A DNA stretch of 55,223 nucleotides from a virus. Taxonomy: Duplodnaviria > Caudoviricetes. The notes below the pieces were generated by a model, which was not told where the DNA came from, did no database searches, and worked only from the letters and a program-made list of their open reading frames with translations. A program made the translations under genes and the position numbers. Each line of letters opens with the position of its first letter. The stretch's first letter is position 1. Below are positions 47,459 to 55,223 of this stretch, in pieces. The DNA lies in the IMG/VR virus record IMGVR_UViG_3300042868_005645, positions 1 to 55,223 of that record, one strand, 5' to 3'.

Positions 47459-48850
47459 ATGGTATTTGCTTTCTTACTTGCTATCTCAGGATTAACACTA
47501 TCGGCTGTGGCCATTTATTATAGTGTTATAGGTTTAACCGCAGTGTTTGCCGCGGCATTCTGGCCCATTGTAATAATGGGTACAACACTAGAAATATCTA
47601 AACTTGTAGCCGCAAGTTGGCTTAAAGCCTACTGGGACAAAATTCCAGTAAGTATGAAAATATACATGACTATGGCAGTGGTGGTACTTATGTTCATTAC
47701 CAGCATGGGTATATTTGGATTCTTAAGTAAAGCACACTTGGATCAAAATATTGTCAGCGGAGATGTTCAAGGTAAAATTGCCATCTATGACGAGAAGATA
47801 AAAACTGAACGGGAGAATATCGATGCCGCACGTACAGCACTTAGTCAAATGGATGCGCAGGTTAATGAACGACTTAGTCGTAGCACCGACGACCGTGGTG
47901 CAGAACGAGCCGTCCAAATCCGCAGACAGCAACAAGCAGAACGAACTAGACTCCAAAACGATATTTCTAGGTCACAGGGTGCTATTGCTAAACTCAACGA
48001 AGAACGAGCCCCTATCGCCGCAGAAGTCCGCAAAGTCGAAGCCGAAGTTGGACCAATAAAATATATTGCCGCATTAATCTACGGCGATAACCCAGATGCT
48101 AATATATTAGAAAAAGCAGTAACATGGGTCATTATGATTATTGTGTTTGTGTTTGACCCACTGGCTATTCTAATGTTGTTGGGCGCACAAATGACTTACA
48201 AATGGCACAAAGAGCGACAAGAGTACACTGAAATGGCCAGTGACTTATATGAAGTTTCAAAACCCCAAGAAGAAAAAATTGACGAGCCTGACATAGAGGA
48301 AGGCAATCGCCTCTTGGCAGAGATTGAAAAGGAAGAACCAGTGTGGCCTACGCCTAGTCCTTATTGGCCATTCCCCAAAGCAGAAAAAATAGAAGAAATT
48401 AATCCTAGAGATTTAGATCTCAACGAAGCAGCCAAAGCAGAAAAAGTTGACATTGTTGAACAAGCGGGTCTTGAACAATGGAACCGAATGATAGAAGAAG
48501 CAGAACGTGAACTTCAAAAAGAAAAAGTCACTGAAACAGAGTTTGATATCGAAGAACATGCAAGGTCTTATGACGTTGATCAAACAGAATCGGTTAAGGA
48601 TCGTATGCGCCAGTGGAAACTAGAAAATCCCAATTCCACTATTAAAGAAGAACGTGCAAAGAGAGATCTGGGAATAATTGAAACCCTACCATGGGAAGAA
48701 ACAGAAACGGACACAGCAGAGAAAAAAACGTATATGGTAAAAGAAGGAGATCAGCAAGTTATCAAAACTCGAGATGATACCTATGTACAAAATGCTGAAC
48801 AGACCACAGAAACACTATGGCAAAGAATACAAGACAAAAAAGCAAAATGA
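47459..48850 (+). CDS. membrane protein with coiled coil and acidic C-terminal tail
   Basis: Three N-terminal TM helices, SMGIFGFLSKAH, coiled coil, FVFDPLA. Confidence 0.8.
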   Translation: MVFAFLLAISGLTLSAVAIYYSVIGLTAVFAAAFWPIVIMGTTLEISKLVAASWLKAYWDKIPVSMKIYMTMAVVVLMFITSMGIFGFLSKAHLDQNIVSGDVQGKIAIYDEKIKTERENIDAARTALSQMDAQVNERLSRSTDDRGAERAVQIRRQQQAERTRLQNDISRSQGAIAKLNEERAPIAAEVRKVEAEVGPIKYIAALIYGDNPDANILEKAVTWVIMIIVFVFDPLAILMLLGAQMTYKWHKERQEYTEMASDLYEVSKPQEEKIDEPDIEEGNRLLAEIEKEEPVWPTPSPYWPFPKAEKIEEINPRDLDLNEAAKAEKVDIVEQAGLEQWNRMIEEAERELQKEKVTETEFDIEEHARSYDVDQTESVKDRMRQWKLENPNSTIKEERAKRDLGIIETLPWEETETDTAEKKTYMVKEGDQQVIKTRDDTYVQNAEQTTETLWQRIQDKKAK

Positions 48851-49230
48851 TTCCAAAAAAAGTAACATTAATTACTCCACCGGATATACTGTCTAATCGT
48901 ACACAAAGTATATTGTTAGTTACTCCAAACAGTGACATAAAAGATTTCTTAGATGATTACTTAAAAACATTTAATGCTAACATTCATGTGTACCTTTATA
49001 CACCTTCGGATGCTGACATTAAGTGGCTGTTAACTGTAGCAGTTAGAGCAGAGGCTGTTATACTAGATTGCGATAATGCGCCCGATGATTTAAGTCATTT
49101 CTTGTCATACATTATCAGTATGCCTAATACATACTACAGAATAACTAATCCTAAAGTTGATTATTCTATCATTAACCCAAACAGGTTTTATGATTTTCCT
49201 AATTTAAATGAGAAGTTAAGGTCGCTATGA
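48847..49230 (+). CDS. hypothetical protein
   Basis: ATGA-coupled; LITPPD motif. Confidence 0.7.
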   Translation: MIPKKVTLITPPDILSNRTQSILLVTPNSDIKDFLDDYLKTFNANIHVYLYTPSDADIKWLLTVAVRAEAVILDCDNAPDDLSHFLSYIISMPNTYYRITNPKVDYSIINPNRFYDFPNLNEKLRSL

Positions 49231-49457
49231 AAACTAAAACGTTCGGCAATGTAGTACATGTAAGAGAAGGCGAGCCTTTTGAAAAGGCTATGCGAAGATT
49301 TAAAAAGAAAGTACAAGATTCGGGATTGCTAGAAGATCTGCGTAGTCGTGAGTTCTATGAAAAACCAACAACTGCTCGTAAGAGAGCAAAAAGTGCGGCC
49401 GCGAATCGCTGGCGCAAAGAATTGGCAAAACAAGCATTGCCAAAAAAACTGTTTTAA
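49227..49457 (+). CDS. rpsU: ribosomal protein bS21
   Basis: VREGEPFEKAMRRFKKKV...REFYEKPTTARKR. Confidence 0.92.
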   Translation: MKTKTFGNVVHVREGEPFEKAMRRFKKKVQDSGLLEDLRSREFYEKPTTARKRAKSAAANRWRKELAKQALPKKLF

Positions 49458-49471
49458 TATCGGATATCCGG

Positions 49472-49560
49472 TATAAATAAATTTGTAGGACGCCAATAGG
49501 GTCTTATAAATCGGAGCATGGTGCTCCAAAACGTTCTTGCTTAATATAAGGAGAAAAACT
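49472..49560 (+). promoter_or_regulatory. late promoter plus ROSE-like RNA thermometer leader
   Basis: TATAAATA followed by three hairpins; the last pairs UUCUUGCU with the AAGGAGAA SD. Confidence 0.6.
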
Positions 49561-49995
49561 ATGAACGCATTAACTCGTTTTGATACAAACAGTCTCGCTC
49601 AACTAAACAGAGCACTTATCGGATTTGATCGCATCTTTAACGATGCCGAACGCAGATTCGCTAATTCACCACAAACCAATTATCCACCATTCAATATTCT
49701 AAAGCACGATGACGATCATTTTGAGATCGAAGTTGCTGTGGCAGGATTTGACAAGGAAGATGTCAGCATCGAGGTGGATCAGAATCTATTGACTATTCGT
49801 GGTCAACGTCTCAAGGAAGATGATGCCAGCAAGTATGTGCATCGCGGACTTGCAGCCAGAGATTTTGAACGCACCTTTACCATGGCAGATTATATGGAAG
49901 TGGGGGACGCCGAGTTGACTAACGGTATTCTTCGTGTTAAACTAACACGTATAATCCCTGAAGCACTTAAACCACGTTTAATTGCTATCAAGTAA
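49561..49995 (+). CDS. small heat-shock protein Hsp20 (IbpA-like)
   Basis: NYPPFNI, AVAGF, YVHRGLAARDF and LxNGIL motifs. Confidence 0.93.
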   Translation: MNALTRFDTNSLAQLNRALIGFDRIFNDAERRFANSPQTNYPPFNILKHDDDHFEIEVAVAGFDKEDVSIEVDQNLLTIRGQRLKEDDASKYVHRGLAARDFERTFTMADYMEVGDAELTNGILRVKLTRIIPEALKPRLIAIK

Positions 49996-49998
49996 AGT

Positions 49999-50021
49999 AT
50001 GGGGGCTTTGTCCCCCATTTT
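49999..50021 (+). terminator. intrinsic terminator
   Basis: ATGGGGG-ctttgt-CCCCCAT followed by TTT. Confidence 0.7.
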
Positions 50022-50045
50022 ATAAATATCTAAAAGAGGAAAGTT

Positions 50046-50351
50046 ATGTCAACCGCAATGGATGTGCAAATTGATGAAAAAATCAAAAAGGTAATTGCAG
50101 AACCTAAAAAATATAAAATCATCTTTCTTAATGATGATAAGACTCCTATTGAATTTGTGATTGAATTGCTTATTTCAATATTTCGCCATACAGAAGAAAC
50201 TGCCAAGGATATTACACTGGCAGTACACAATGATGGTTCGGCTGTTGTAGGAATTTACACTTTTGAAATTGCTGAACAAAAAACCATCGAGACAACACAG
50301 GTTTGTCGACAGCATGGATTTCCATTACAAGTTAGAATGGAACAGGAATGA
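50046..50351 (+). CDS. clpS: ATP-dependent Clp protease adaptor ClpS
   Basis: YKIIFLNDDKTPIEFV, VHNDG, EIAEQK and FPLQV motifs; TATAAATA at 50021. Confidence 0.92.
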   Translation: MSTAMDVQIDEKIKKVIAEPKKYKIIFLNDDKTPIEFVIELLISIFRHTEETAKDITLAVHNDGSAVVGIYTFEIAEQKTIETTQVCRQHGFPLQVRMEQE

Positions 50352-50893
50352 GTCTTAGAGAAATAACTAAAGACCTCCACCATGAGGCAGAACTAACTAA
50401 GTTCGCCAAGATGTTACTCAGCGGTAAGATTGAAAAACAAGATTACAAAAACTATCTGTACAATTTACTTGCAATTTACGATCCAATTGAATGGTATTGC
50501 AAACGTCAAGGCTTTCTGGATACAATGCCAGACCTTCCCCGTCTCAAGGGTATCCTTGCAGACTTCCTAGAATTAGACGATGGCACTTACTGCTATCTAA
50601 CTCCTGCTACTCTAGAGTATCAAGCATACTTACATAAACTAGGAAACGATGAACAACGTAAACATTTGGTTAAGGCGCATTTATACTGCCGCCATATGGG
50701 CGACCTATTCGGTGGTCAAATCATTAAGAAACAAGTAGCACATATCAGCAAGGGCAAGTTCTATGACTTTGATAATGCTGATGATATGAAAATGTCTATT
50801 CGCCAAACACTCACAGACGACCTGGGCGATGAGGCATGTGTAGCATTTGAATATGCTATTAAGATGATGAAGGACTTGTACCATGGAGAGTAA
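50348..50893 (+). CDS. hemO: heme oxygenase (biliverdin-producing)
   Basis: LREITKDLHHEAE (proximal His) and AHLYCRHMGDLFGGQ. Confidence 0.9.
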   Translation: MSLREITKDLHHEAELTKFAKMLLSGKIEKQDYKNYLYNLLAIYDPIEWYCKRQGFLDTMPDLPRLKGILADFLELDDGTYCYLTPATLEYQAYLHKLGNDEQRKHLVKAHLYCRHMGDLFGGQIIKKQVAHISKGKFYDFDNADDMKMSIRQTLTDDLGDEACVAFEYAIKMMKDLYHGE

Positions 50894-51566
50894 AGTATGG
50901 AGTACACTAATTGAAATACAACAACTTCTCGAAGCGTCGTTCAGTCAAACGGGAGTCGAAGTCTTCGAACCTGGAATGGATCGTTTTAATCAACCTGGTT
51001 GGGTTAATCGTGTATGGACTAGCGATAAGTATCGCCGGGCCCACATTGATGTCGTTGATGCTAGGCTGACCAAAGGCCTTTGGATGATGCACTGCTGTGT
51101 GTTTCCACATATTCATAATCCTGCACCTATCTTTGGTTTTGACGTAGTTGCTGGCAAGAATAAGATTACTGGTTGCTTTATCGATTATAGCCCAACAGGT
51201 GACAAGACTCATCCGATGATTGACTACTTTGGCGACGAAGTTAGTCGCTACGAGTGGAACAAGAAACGTGCTTTGCCAGAGTGGGCACAGCGTATTTTCA
51301 GTGAGCATATGGTGGCCGCTGGTAATGTCAGTGACGAACACGAATTAGATCAAATTGCTAGTCTAGCCAGCATTCTAGTTAATCATTATGTAGAAACTGT
51401 AGGAGAAACAAATAACACTACAGCAGACACTACATTTGAGCAGAACTACTATGCACAGAATCAAAAGCAAAACCCACATACACCCAAAGTTATGGTAAGT
51501 TTGGGGCTTTCAGAAGACGATGTACAGGTATTTGTTCAGGATTGTTTGTTTCCTGAGATACGATAA
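50883..51566 (+). CDS. pcyX: ferredoxin-dependent bilin reductase, PcyA/PcyX family (PcyX-like)
   Basis: RRAHID...MHCCVFP...PIFGFDVVAG...DYSP, LPEWA..IFS and QKQNPHT motifs; follows heme oxygenase. Confidence 0.85.
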   Translation: MESKVWSTLIEIQQLLEASFSQTGVEVFEPGMDRFNQPGWVNRVWTSDKYRRAHIDVVDARLTKGLWMMHCCVFPHIHNPAPIFGFDVVAGKNKITGCFIDYSPTGDKTHPMIDYFGDEVSRYEWNKKRALPEWAQRIFSEHMVAAGNVSDEHELDQIASLASILVNHYVETVGETNNTTADTTFEQNYYAQNQKQNPHTPKVMVSLGLSEDDVQVFVQDCLFPEIR

Positions 51567-51587
51567 ATATCTAATACTGGAAAACAT

Positions 51588-53018
51588 ATGAGAGCAAAAG
51601 AATTTATTATTGAAGGCACCCTTACACCTGCTGAGATCTTTGGTAAACATTTGGGATGGCGTCCTGACGCATTGATAGCAAAACTACAAGCCAAAACTTC
51701 GTTTGTTGATAAACTTGATCTTACTGTAGCCAACCAATATGTTCCCGCAGACGGAGAATATGAAAGATTGGCCCCGTTGATTACCGCAGCCAAAGATGCT
51801 CTAACAGCCAACGACACTGCTCCAAAACCCAGTCTCACGCTGAACTACAAATCAATAATTCGCCCAGACGGTAAAGTTGATAAAACCGCTGGATCTATTG
51901 CGTTCAGCAAACTAGAAAAGTACGATCTGCAAACTGCTAAAGGTCAAGCAACTAGTACGGTTAATGTTCAGCCCATAGGCATTGGTATCGCCGCTCCTAA
52001 AGTCGACAAAAATGTGAGTATTGCTGATGAAATTAAAAACGCACTTGACAATAATTCATCAATTGCAGGCAAAGACATACACCGAACAATTATGAACAAT
52101 TCGGTATTGGATCAAGCAGGTGAATTAGGCAAGGCTATCAAACAAGCCTCCAAAGAGATTCATCAAAAACAAAATCCCACTGTGAATCAGTACGATAAAA
52201 AAACACAAACTGTTATAGCCATCGACGCAGGCGAATACTTAGGCATTCAGCAGATGATCGATGGATCAGCCGATTGGAAAGGCAAGTACGAGGCATTTTT
52301 GAAATTCTTAGGCGCGGGTGATTTAAACAGCATGAAGGTAATTTTTCCAGGAAGTCAAAATAGTCAACTACAAGACAGTTACGGAGTACAAAATGCGGCG
52401 ACCGGTCATACTATAATGATCAGCAGTAAAGGCGGCATTGGTTCAACTGCGGCAGGTGCCGCACCTGCACTAAGTGGATTAGTTTTGCCACCAAATATGA
52501 CTAAAAAAGTCAAACCTGGTAGCGGTGCAGACTTTATCCTGTTGTTGCAAAGAATGACCACTATCAACCAGCCGTTTGCTGGTATGAATTTTTTGAACAC
52601 ACACTATCCGGACGCAGTTCCAGAATTGTATAAAAATTTACTGCCGTTCACAAATGAAGACATACTGTCGATCAACGCAAACATCAAAGGGCGTGGCGAT
52701 TTAGATCCTAGATTTGATGCAATTATTGCGTCTAGAGATATCAAATCGCGAGCAAGAAAAGGCGGAATCTTGATGTATGCCACTGCCAAAGATCTAGTAG
52801 AAACTATAAACACCAATCAACCTATTCCAGATTTTCGTCAAACAGTTCTAAACGTTTTAGATATGAACTTTGTCCAAATCTTTTCTAGAGTTGTAGGCGG
52901 AAAACTCAAGGCCGATGTGCTATGGCCTGGCAAAATTGACGGAAATGTTTTACTATGGACCAAAGCAGAAGCGGCAGCACCTAGTTCCGCTGGATTTAGT
53001 TTCAAAGTTATAGACTAA
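51588..53018 (+). CDS. hypothetical protein, possibly virion-internal
   Basis: 476 aa; TAAATA upstream; MRAKEFIIE N-terminus. Confidence 0.75.
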   Translation: MRAKEFIIEGTLTPAEIFGKHLGWRPDALIAKLQAKTSFVDKLDLTVANQYVPADGEYERLAPLITAAKDALTANDTAPKPSLTLNYKSIIRPDGKVDKTAGSIAFSKLEKYDLQTAKGQATSTVNVQPIGIGIAAPKVDKNVSIADEIKNALDNNSSIAGKDIHRTIMNNSVLDQAGELGKAIKQASKEIHQKQNPTVNQYDKKTQTVIAIDAGEYLGIQQMIDGSADWKGKYEAFLKFLGAGDLNSMKVIFPGSQNSQLQDSYGVQNAATGHTIMISSKGGIGSTAAGAAPALSGLVLPPNMTKKVKPGSGADFILLLQRMTTINQPFAGMNFLNTHYPDAVPELYKNLLPFTNEDILSINANIKGRGDLDPRFDAIIASRDIKSRARKGGILMYATAKDLVETINTNQPIPDFRQTVLNVLDMNFVQIFSRVVGGKLKADVLWPGKIDGNVLLWTKAEAAAPSSAGFSFKVID

Positions 53019-53036
53019 TTTGGTTAACCATTTTCC

Positions 53037-53065
53037 TTGACAACTATATAAAGATATTATATAAT
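53037..53065 (+). promoter_or_regulatory. sigma70-type promoter
   Basis: TTGACA-17-TATAAT. Confidence 0.8.
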
Positions 53066-53092
53066 AAAGATATCGTTATAAAGGAGATTTTA

Positions 53093-53770
53093 ATGTACGC
53101 AACTACTGGAGTTTATCGCTCTGCCTCTCAGATCAATTCGGCAATGGGTCGAGTTTTTGGACACATGGGACTTGCTGTTGTAACCAGTATGATTGTTTCT
53201 ATGCTGGTGGCTGGTAGTCCAGGTCTAATGGCACTGTTATTTGGAACAGCACTTAAATGGGTCGTTATTTTTGCACCATTGGTAGCAATCCTTGCACTAA
53301 GTTTTGGTCTTGAAAAATTAACCAAGACACAGGCTACTGTAGCACTACACGGATTCGCCGCGCTGATGGGTGTTAGTTTTGCCACAATTTTTGTAGTCTA
53401 TAATCTAGGCAGTATTGTTTCGGCATTCATGGGAGCCGCTGTGTTGTTTGGAACTATGGCATTTTATGGGTATTTTACAAAACGTGACTTGAGTGGAGTT
53501 GGACAGTTCTTGTTCATTGGTTTGATTGCCATTGTTATTGCCAGCATCATTAATATTTTTATTGGTAGCAGTGTAGCACAAATGGTGATTTCAGCATTGG
53601 CCATTATTATCTTCACAGGACTTACTGCCTACGACACACAAAACATTCGTCAGATGGTAAGTGTGGATAATCCAGGCAACCTCGAGATTGCTGGAGCACT
53701 TTCATTGTATCTAAACTTCATCAACATCTTCCTAAGTTTGCTACAGTTGTTTGGACAGAAAAACGACTAA
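53093..53770 (+). CDS. Bax inhibitor-1/YccA family membrane protein
   Basis: Seven TM helices; AYDTQNIR and ALSLYLNFINIF motifs. Confidence 0.9.
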   Translation: MYATTGVYRSASQINSAMGRVFGHMGLAVVTSMIVSMLVAGSPGLMALLFGTALKWVVIFAPLVAILALSFGLEKLTKTQATVALHGFAALMGVSFATIFVVYNLGSIVSAFMGAAVLFGTMAFYGYFTKRDLSGVGQFLFIGLIAIVIASIINIFIGSSVAQMVISALAIIIFTGLTAYDTQNIRQMVSVDNPGNLEIAGALSLYLNFINIFLSLLQLFGQKND

Positions 53771-53785
53771 CTTGGTAGACTATTT

Positions 53786-53811
53786 AAAAACCGTCTTAGG
53801 ACGGTTTTTTT
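53786..53811 (+). terminator. intrinsic terminator
   Basis: AAAAACCGTC-ttag-GACGGTTTTT. Confidence 0.85.
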
Positions 53812-53889
53812 ACGATTGAATAATCTGCATACTTAAAAAATTAACTACTAGTTTTAAATACAATAACAGCGGATATCGGGAGCAAAGCG

Positions 53890-54327
53890 ATGAGAAAGTT
53901 ATTGTTATTATTACTAGTACCATTGTCTACACAGGCAGCAGATCTAGTACATCAGTTTCAAAGTCCAGCCTTTATTCCAGGCAATGGATTCAGTCAGCAC
54001 GTTCTTAGTATCTACCAATTAGAAGAATCTAAAAAGAAAGAAATTAAAGCAGAAGAACTAGCGGCAATAAACAAAGCGGAAGCGGCCGCAAAGAATACAA
54101 ACTTAGCAAAATTTCTAATTAACGTAGAAGCACGTATCTACGCACAATTATCTAAACAACTAGCAGATCAACTGTTCGCTGAAGGTGGCGGCACCAGTGG
54201 AAGCATGGACTTTCAAGGAACTAATATAAGTTGGGTTAAGTCAAGCACAGACGTTACCCTTACTATAATTGAAGCCAATGGCGGACGAACAGAAATCACC
54301 GTACCTATATCAAGTTTTGCATTCTAA
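53890..54327 (+). CDS. csgF: curli assembly CsgF-like protein
   Basis: Signal peptide then LVHQFQSPAF..GN; adjacent to csgG. Confidence 0.75.
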   Translation: MRKLLLLLLVPLSTQAADLVHQFQSPAFIPGNGFSQHVLSIYQLEESKKKEIKAEELAAINKAEAAAKNTNLAKFLINVEARIYAQLSKQLADQLFAEGGGTSGSMDFQGTNISWVKSSTDVTLTIIEANGGRTEITVPISSFAF

Positions 54328-55223
54328 TGAAATTAATATTATCATTACTTCTTGCTACGATTCTTTCAGGATGTGCCACAATAGACATGACGGCATCCAA
54401 AGAAGAACCCGTGGCGCTAACACCAAGAGAAAGTCTAACTACTAAGATACCTCAATTAGATGGTCCTCCCATGACCATTGCTGTCTACGGATTTACTGAT
54501 AAGACTGGTCAGATGAAACCTAATGATAGACTTGCTGTATTCAGCAAGGCAGTAACACAAGGGTCTGAAGTGTTTCTAATTAAAGCATTACAGGATTCAA
54601 AGAATTGGTTCAAGGTAGTCGAACGTGTGGGACTGGACAATCTGATTAAAGAAAGACAGTTAATTCGTAATCAACGCGAAGTCTACGAAGGCAAAGATGC
54701 TAGACCACTGAAACCGATGACAGTGGCAGGTGTTATGATAGAAGGCGGCATCATTGGCTACGACAGTAACATTCGTAGTGGTGGTAATGGTGCTAGATTT
54801 TTAGGTATAGGTGGAAGTCAACAATATCGTGTGGATGAGATTGTAATCAGCCTAAGACTGATAAGTGTGAACAGTGGAGAGATCCTACTGTCCAATGCTG
54901 TGAGTAAAACCATTTACAGCACACAACACAACGTTGGTGTATTGCGTTTTGTCGACGCAGGCACAAAAGCATTAGAATTAGAAAACGGACAAGCGTTGAA
55001 CGAACCTACAACTTATGCTGTTCGTGTTGCTATAGAACAAGCAGTATATGACATGATAATTGAAGGCGAAAAGAAAGGACTATGGAGATTTAAAAAACCT
55101 GTAGTTCAAACAGAACCTGTAGTTCAAACAGCGCCTGTAGTAAAAGAGGAGAAGAAAGATGAGTTGGTTCAAACACAAACCTCCCAAACACCCACCACCG
55201 TTGAAAAGCCCACCAACAGCGCA
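54327..55223 (+). CDS. csgG: curli secretion channel CsgG-like lipoprotein (3' end outside window)
   Basis: Own translation: LSGC lipobox, AVYGFTDKTGQ, SKAVTQG, WFKVVERVGLDNLIKERQLIR, EGGIIGYDSN. Confidence 0.9.
   Translation, partial: MKLILSLLLATILSGCATIDMTASKEEPVALTPRESLTTKIPQLDGPPMTIAVYGFTDKTGQMKPNDRLAVFSKAVTQGSEVFLIKALQDSKNWFKVVERVGLDNLIKERQLIRNQREVYEGKDARPLKPMTVAGVMIEGGIIGYDSNIRSGGNGARFLGIGGSQQYRVDEIVISLRLISVNSGEILLSNAVSKTIYSTQHNVGVLRFVDAGTKALELENGQALNEPTTYAVRVAIEQAVYDMIIEGEKKGLWRFKKPVVQTEPVVQTAPVVKEEKKDELVQTQTSQTPTTVEKPTNSA
55098..55141 (+). repeat. 18-bp tandem repeat (about 2.4 copies) in the csgG tail
   Basis: CCTGTAGTTCAAACAGAA / CCTGTAGTTCAAACAGCG / CCTGTAGT, encoding PVVQTE-PVVQTA-PVV. 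Confidence 0.85.

Noticed and set aside
50883-51566. Cyanophage photosynthesis island
   Set aside because: No psbA, hli, cpeT or petF in the window, and the reductase has PcyX-type rather than PcyA-type residues; the rest of the genome is unseen
1-55223. Stop-codon reassignment as in some jumbo phages
   Set aside because: Known genes are full-length under the standard code, and TAA, TGA and TAG all act as stops
20026-55223. Bacterial chromosome origin of the host-like genes
   Set aside because: They are interspersed with rIIA/B, PAAR and virion genes, use phage late-promoter motifs, and lack their normal operon partners

Overview
This is a 55 kb segment of a large lytic dsDNA phage, T4-like or jumbo myovirus type. 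It uses the standard genetic code and is gene-dense. Phage hallmarks include rIIA/rIIB, nrdA/nrdB with glutaredoxins, a PAAR spike, tail/virion proteins, a SleB-like wall hydrolase, TAAATA late-promoter motifs and near-perfect sigma70 promoters. The host is probably a proteobacterium, inferred from the look of IscU, ErpA, bS21, YqgE and a DUF3563-like gene. The window carries an unusually rich set of host-like genes: 5-aminolevulinate synthase, YbaN, heme oxygenase, a PcyX-type bilin reductase, ErpA-IscU-IscA, bS21, Hsp20, ClpS, YccA, a TraR-like factor and CsgF/CsgG. Regulatory and structural signals read from the sequence are: (i) an origin-like region with four phased DnaA boxes and an ACCGGT-N4-ACCGGT dyad array; (ii) a systematic TAAATA-N5-ATG arrangement implying leaderless late mRNAs; (iii) a ~250-nt structured leader before the wall hydrolase; (iv) a likely programmed -1 frameshift at A_AAA_AAG; (v) a ROSE-like thermometer before hsp20; (vi) a shared N-terminal capsid-targeting-like motif. 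No tRNA, rRNA or CRISPR array was seen. All product calls come from motif recognition by eye; no database search was run.
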